Source: a virus
Virus record (IMG/VR): IMGVR_UViG_3300044630_006441
Location: 64,001 to 128,000 of that record
DNA length: 64,000 nucleotides
Reading direction: 5' to 3' (one strand)
The notes below the pieces were generated by a model. That model was given only the letters and a program-made list of their open reading frames with translations, ran no database searches and had not been told where the DNA came from. Of this stretch, positions 60,520 through 64,000 are shown in pieces. The position numbers were made by a program, and so were the translations under genes. Position 1 is the first letter of the stretch; every line of letters begins with the position of its first letter.

Positions 60520-61191
60520 TTAGACGTATTCCAGCTGGACCCATAGTCCAAACTGCTTACTTCCGATCCCGTCCGGACTGGCCGATAGAGCCAGATACCA
60601 GTCGTGTCGGGCATCCATGGTGTTTGCACCCGAAGGACGCAGACCAGAGATACCCGGCGAGGCGGTCAAGAGGACCGGCTCTCGCTGCGCTGGAGTGGCC
60701 TGATTAGCCGTGGTGAACACTTCCCACGCCGTAGACCCCGATCCGGTCGGATTGCCGGAATCTTGCACGGTGACAGGGTGGATTATCTCGGCTAGATAAG
60801 TTGTTACACCAGATGCCGGATTGGTTGGAAGGACTCGGTCGTAAATATAAGCCTGTACATTCTGCGTCTTGACCGCCGAGTCGGCGGTGAAACGCACATT
60901 CAGGGTGCTCTGCCAGTTGGGAATGGCCCGCAGGGGGATGGCCGAAGTGCCGCGCCCCACCAGCCCGCTTCCTGCGTTGGCGTATTTCACATTCCAGGCT
61001 TCAGGACCCTGGTTGGTCCCGGTTGCATTGGTGATGAAGGTTTTGTCCTGGGCAGAACCAACGGGAACGGATTCACCAAACCCGCCGCCGTAAAAACCCA
61101 GGCCCGAACCAGCCAGACTGGCAATTTGAAACGTCGAGAACGTGCCACCGTCCTCGAACTGTCCTGCGTAAAATGAAATCGATGCTGGCAT
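60520..61191 (-). CDS. putative virion structural protein
   Basis: Gly/Ser/Thr-rich; GSGLGFYG..FG.SV.VG; HDWY.ALSASP..IGSK..GL...LEY; GGAGG RBS. Confidence 0.7.
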   Translation of the reverse strand: MPASISFYAGQFEDGGTFSTFQIASLAGSGLGFYGGGFGESVPVGSAQDKTFITNATGTNQGPEAWNVKYANAGSGLVGRGTSAIPLRAIPNWQSTLNVRFTADSAVKTQNVQAYIYDRVLPTNPASGVTTYLAEIIHPVTVQDSGNPTGSGSTAWEVFTTANQATPAQREPVLLTASPGISGLRPSGANTMDARHDWYLALSASPDGIGSKQFGLWVQLEYV

Positions 61192-61212
61192 GGTCTAGTA
61201 CCTCCAGTAGAA

Positions 61213-61220
61213 ATTACACC
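61213..61220 (-). promoter_or_regulatory. candidate phage promoter motif GGTGTAAT
   Basis: In the 30-nt gap upstream of the ATG at 61191, oriented with the gene. Confidence 0.5.
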
Positions 61221-61221
61221 G

Positions 61222-61611
61222 TCACCATTTGCCGTCTGGGCACTTTTGTTCTTCCCACGAAGCTTTTACGTTCATAAAACAGCCGCAGCCAGAGCAACGA
61301 TTGTCAGGCCGAAGCTTGGGGCAGGTCTTGCAGATAGCCATTCTTTTTTGATAGGTTTCGATATCAGCTGATTGCAGGCCTCCGGCAACATGCTGGGCGA
61401 CGGCGGTGACCAGATTGATTCCCTGCTTGAGCAGGCTTGGCAGCTTGTTCTGTTGGCTCCAGGCCAGATTGCCGGTACACAGATCGCGGATGAAAGCGAT
61501 CTGCTCGTCCGGACTAACCCCCTCCCCGTTGCAGACGCGGTGTTCCGCTTCGGAAAGAACGTAGCCTTTCCCCTGATTACACGGCACATTGGGTTGGCAA
61601 GGGCAATTCAT
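61222..61611 (-). CDS. DUF6171-like cysteine-rich protein
   Basis: Y..R..IC..C......RC..CGCF...KA......CP..KW. Confidence 0.8.
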   Translation of the reverse strand: MNCPCQPNVPCNQGKGYVLSEAEHRVCNGEGVSPDEQIAFIRDLCTGNLAWSQQNKLPSLLKQGINLVTAVAQHVAGGLQSADIETYQKRMAICKTCPKLRPDNRCSGCGCFMNVKASWEEQKCPDGKW

Positions 61612-62117
61612 GAGTAGTCCGGCATCTCAAAGGTGAAACTGAAACTCGCTCCGCTTCCGCCAGAATAAAACGTGTTCAGGAAACGGCGACACATAACCCA
61701 TTTTTGTTGTTCTTGGTCAAAGTAAACGCCAGCCACGACCACATTGCCGAAGTTGCCGTTGTTGTTGTTCTGGATGTTTTGCATCACCAACGTGTTGGTC
61801 CTACCCTCCAGTAGGTCGCCCGCATTGAGGGTGACCCGGGTCATACCCTTGGGTGTGCCGTTGTCGGGGTCATTGCCGCAGCAGGAGATGCCCGGCTCCA
61901 GGAGGTCAATGGTCGGCTCGATGGTGGAGTTGGTTCGGAAGAACTTGCCGATGCAGTTGTTCGAGTTGAGGATGATATCGCCCATGTTCTTGCCATTGAG
62001 TATCAACCGGTAGTTGTCGTCGGTGGCCGCGTTGCTGTTGCAGACATAGATGATGTAGTCGGTTTCGCGATCACAGCCAAAACAGCAGGGTGCGCAATCG
62101 ATGTACTCAATCTCCAT
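61608..62117 (-). CDS. Cys/Asn-rich hypothetical protein
   Basis: I.VCNSNAA.DDNY...LNG; coupled starts. Confidence 0.7.
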   Translation of the reverse strand: MEIEYIDCAPCCFGCDRETDYIIYVCNSNAATDDNYRLILNGKNMGDIILNSNNCIGKFFRTNSTIEPTIDLLEPGISCCGNDPDNGTPKGMTRVTLNAGDLLEGRTNTLVMQNIQNNNNGNFGNVVVAGVYFDQEQQKWVMCRRFLNTFYSGGSGASFSFTFEMPDYS

Positions 62118-64000
62118 CAGATCACCTCCACGGCGCCGATGAAGTCATAGGTCTTCTTGGTGACCTGGAGCAAGCCGCTCTGACAGACGAGGTTGGTGAC
62201 CACGGTGATCCGTTTATAGCCACCAAGCTCGTCGATAATATCCTGTTTGGAACCAGCCCCGCCACCGCCGCCAGCATACCATTTGCCCTCGTTAGGCACA
62301 AACTGAGCCAGCGAAAAACCAGCTCTTATTGATCCCGAGCCGACCGGATAAAGCTGGATCGCCTTGTTGACTATGGAGTTGCCCACGAAGGGATAGCCGG
62401 TGGCCGGAGCGCCAGAAGCCGCGTTGGAATAGACATAAACCCTGGTAACCCCGGCCCCCGACCAAACCTTGCGAATGTCATCCCACAAAAGATCTGTCGG
62501 GCCAGCCTTGTGTCTGTCGGATCGGTAGGCCAAATTGACATTTGCCGGAGCTATTTGTCCAGGGTTGTAGATATCCTGACCGTAGCCGACAACCATCAGG
62601 GGGCCGCGCAGACCCATGCTGCGCCCCTCAAAAGCTCCAGCCCCGGCTCCGTCATTCCAGTTGTTGATTTCACAAGGCAAGCCGTTGGCTTGTTGGTAAG
62701 AGACAATCGAAATATCCGTTTGCCCAGGATAGGCAATGGGAGTCATGCTGGTTGCTGTGGTCGTGTTTGCAATATTGACCGGCAGTTCAACTTTTGGCAG
62801 CAAAGAGGTGTCTGGCAAGGATTTGTAGGTCAGACCATGCTGATTGACCGTGATGCCGCCGTTTGCTGTCGGCGTCCGGTAGGGTCGGAACAAAGCGTCC
62901 TGGCTGGCGATTGCCCTGTTTGCGTATATCCCAGGACTATCGGCTTCAGTATTCGCCATAAGCTCGTGCAACGGCGCTGATTTGACATCCAATCGAACAG
63001 CGCTGTTCTCGATACTGGCAAATCCAGCAAGACATTCATGTGGCGTTTGGACCCTATGAAATTTATCGAAAGCCCCAGCCGTCATCGACAAACCAAAAGC
63101 ACCCGCGCTAGCTCTCGCTGAACTCTGTTTGACCTTCGCTTGATCGATGGCCATTTTGGAAAGATTTCTGCGAAGCTGAAGGCCCAGCTGTCCAGCTTTC
63201 TGCATTCTGTCTATGGTTTGTCTTGGGATGACCCCAAAGCGCGGACTGTAATTCTGGAATGCGTAAGTCGAAGTCACACCGCCTGTACCAAGGGAAATCT
63301 CGATGGAGGTAACCGCTGGGCCGTTAGCTTGAAGAGCCTGCCCCAGCGAGACCTTTGGATAATCTGGCTGTGTGACGCGGCCATGCTCCGTCAAGGCCAA
63401 GCGACTGGAGCCATCAAAAAGCCTGGCGATGGCAACGCGGTTCATCACCACTTCGGAGCCGTAATTGCTCGGCACCAGTTCGCTGTCGACTTCGACCTTC
63501 ACCCTTCCTGGCACGCCAGAGTAGGCCCAGTACGGGCCGTAAGTGATGCGGTTGCTTTTCAATGGTACGACGAAGAAGGACGGATAGATCGGGGGTGGGT
63601 GAATGCGTGTTTTTGTAGACTCTGCATTTGTCTGATAAAGATTGGCCGGAGTCCCCAGAACGCGACTGATAATGCTGTGATCGCCAGAAGGATCGTATGT
63701 TTTGGAGAATATTGGATTTTGGACAGTCATCCGCACCAATGGACCGCCCAGAAAAGCTATGCCAGGACCGGCAAGCACATAATTAATGAATGGGCTATAG
63801 CTGTAAGGAGTTGTTATCGAGGGATAATACATCTCCTCAATTTTGTCGCCGATAGAAGATTTGACATAAGCCCCCACCTGATCCATCAAGATGTCTTGTG
63901 GATTGTCTATTGAGGCATTGCCCTGGATGAGTCTCTGGTAGTTGTAAACGACAAAAGGCTCAAAGCGACTCTGCTCGTCGGAAAGATAAAAATGAGTAGC
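62117..64000 (-). CDS. large putative virion/tail protein, 5'-truncated by window edge
   Basis: Frame stays open from 63889 to 64000; YGPYW, L.P.NYG, LRGPLMV.GYG.D, GP.DL.WD..R.VW. Confidence 0.75.
   Translation of the reverse strand, partial: ATHFYLSDEQSRFEPFVVYNYQRLIQGNASIDNPQDILMDQVGAYVKSSIGDKIEEMYYPSITTPYSYSPFINYVLAGPGIAFLGGPLVRMTVQNPIFSKTYDPSGDHSIISRVLGTPANLYQTNAESTKTRIHPPPIYPSFFVVPLKSNRITYGPYWAYSGVPGRVKVEVDSELVPSNYGSEVVMNRVAIARLFDGSSRLALTEHGRVTQPDYPKVSLGQALQANGPAVTSIEISLGTGGVTSTYAFQNYSPRFGVIPRQTIDRMQKAGQLGLQLRRNLSKMAIDQAKVKQSSARASAGAFGLSMTAGAFDKFHRVQTPHECLAGFASIENSAVRLDVKSAPLHELMANTEADSPGIYANRAIASQDALFRPYRTPTANGGITVNQHGLTYKSLPDTSLLPKVELPVNIANTTTATSMTPIAYPGQTDISIVSYQQANGLPCEINNWNDGAGAGAFEGRSMGLRGPLMVVGYGQDIYNPGQIAPANVNLAYRSDRHKAGPTDLLWDDIRKVWSGAGVTRVYVYSNAASGAPATGYPFVGNSIVNKAIQLYPVGSGSIRAGFSLAQFVPNEGKWYAGGGGGAGSKQDIIDELGGYKRITVVTNLVCQSGLLQVTKKTYDFIGAVEVI

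Noticed and set aside
1-64000. Alternative genetic code (stop-codon reassignment) as in some large phages
   Set aside because: Conserved genes are full length in code 11, all three stops terminate genes, and no suppressor tRNA is seen

Overview
This window is part of a large dsDNA bacteriophage genome, probably infecting Planctomycetota (host is inferred). About 59 kb of tightly packed, often overlapping + strand genes converge near 58.9 kb on a - strand block of probable virion genes. Layout: (1) 1-14 kb, small early/accessory ORFs, three HNH nucleases, a CarF/TMEM189/FAD4-family lipid desaturase, a tRNA-Met(CAT), a tRNA-framed RNA with a 103-nt structured insert in its D-loop, two other structured intergenic RNAs, a sigma factor and a DUF932 protein. 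(2) 14-29.5 kb, glycosyltransferases, ThyX, a second sigma factor, a papain-like protease cassette, two paralogous fibre-like proteins (one 1370 aa, mucin-like and Thr-rich) and class II RNR. (3) 32-46 kb, replication/recombination: RecA with a class 3 intein, DnaB, primase, dNMP kinase, Cas4-like nuclease, MazG, a fourth HNH, DnaE split into two genes around a DnaQ-like exonuclease, and SSB. (4) 46-57 kb, a glycosylation island with PhoH, several apparently degenerate enzymes and an aminoacyl-tRNA-protein transferase-like gene. (5) 59-64 kb, - strand structural-type genes plus one more glycosyltransferase. The strongest leads are the tRNA-framed pseudoknotted RNA at 4334-4500, a possible virion O-glycosylation system (many GTs plus poly-Thr proteins), the phage lipid desaturase, a candidate phage promoter motif GGTGTAHT and strong ACGT avoidance. 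All family calls come from recognising motifs by eye; no database search was run.
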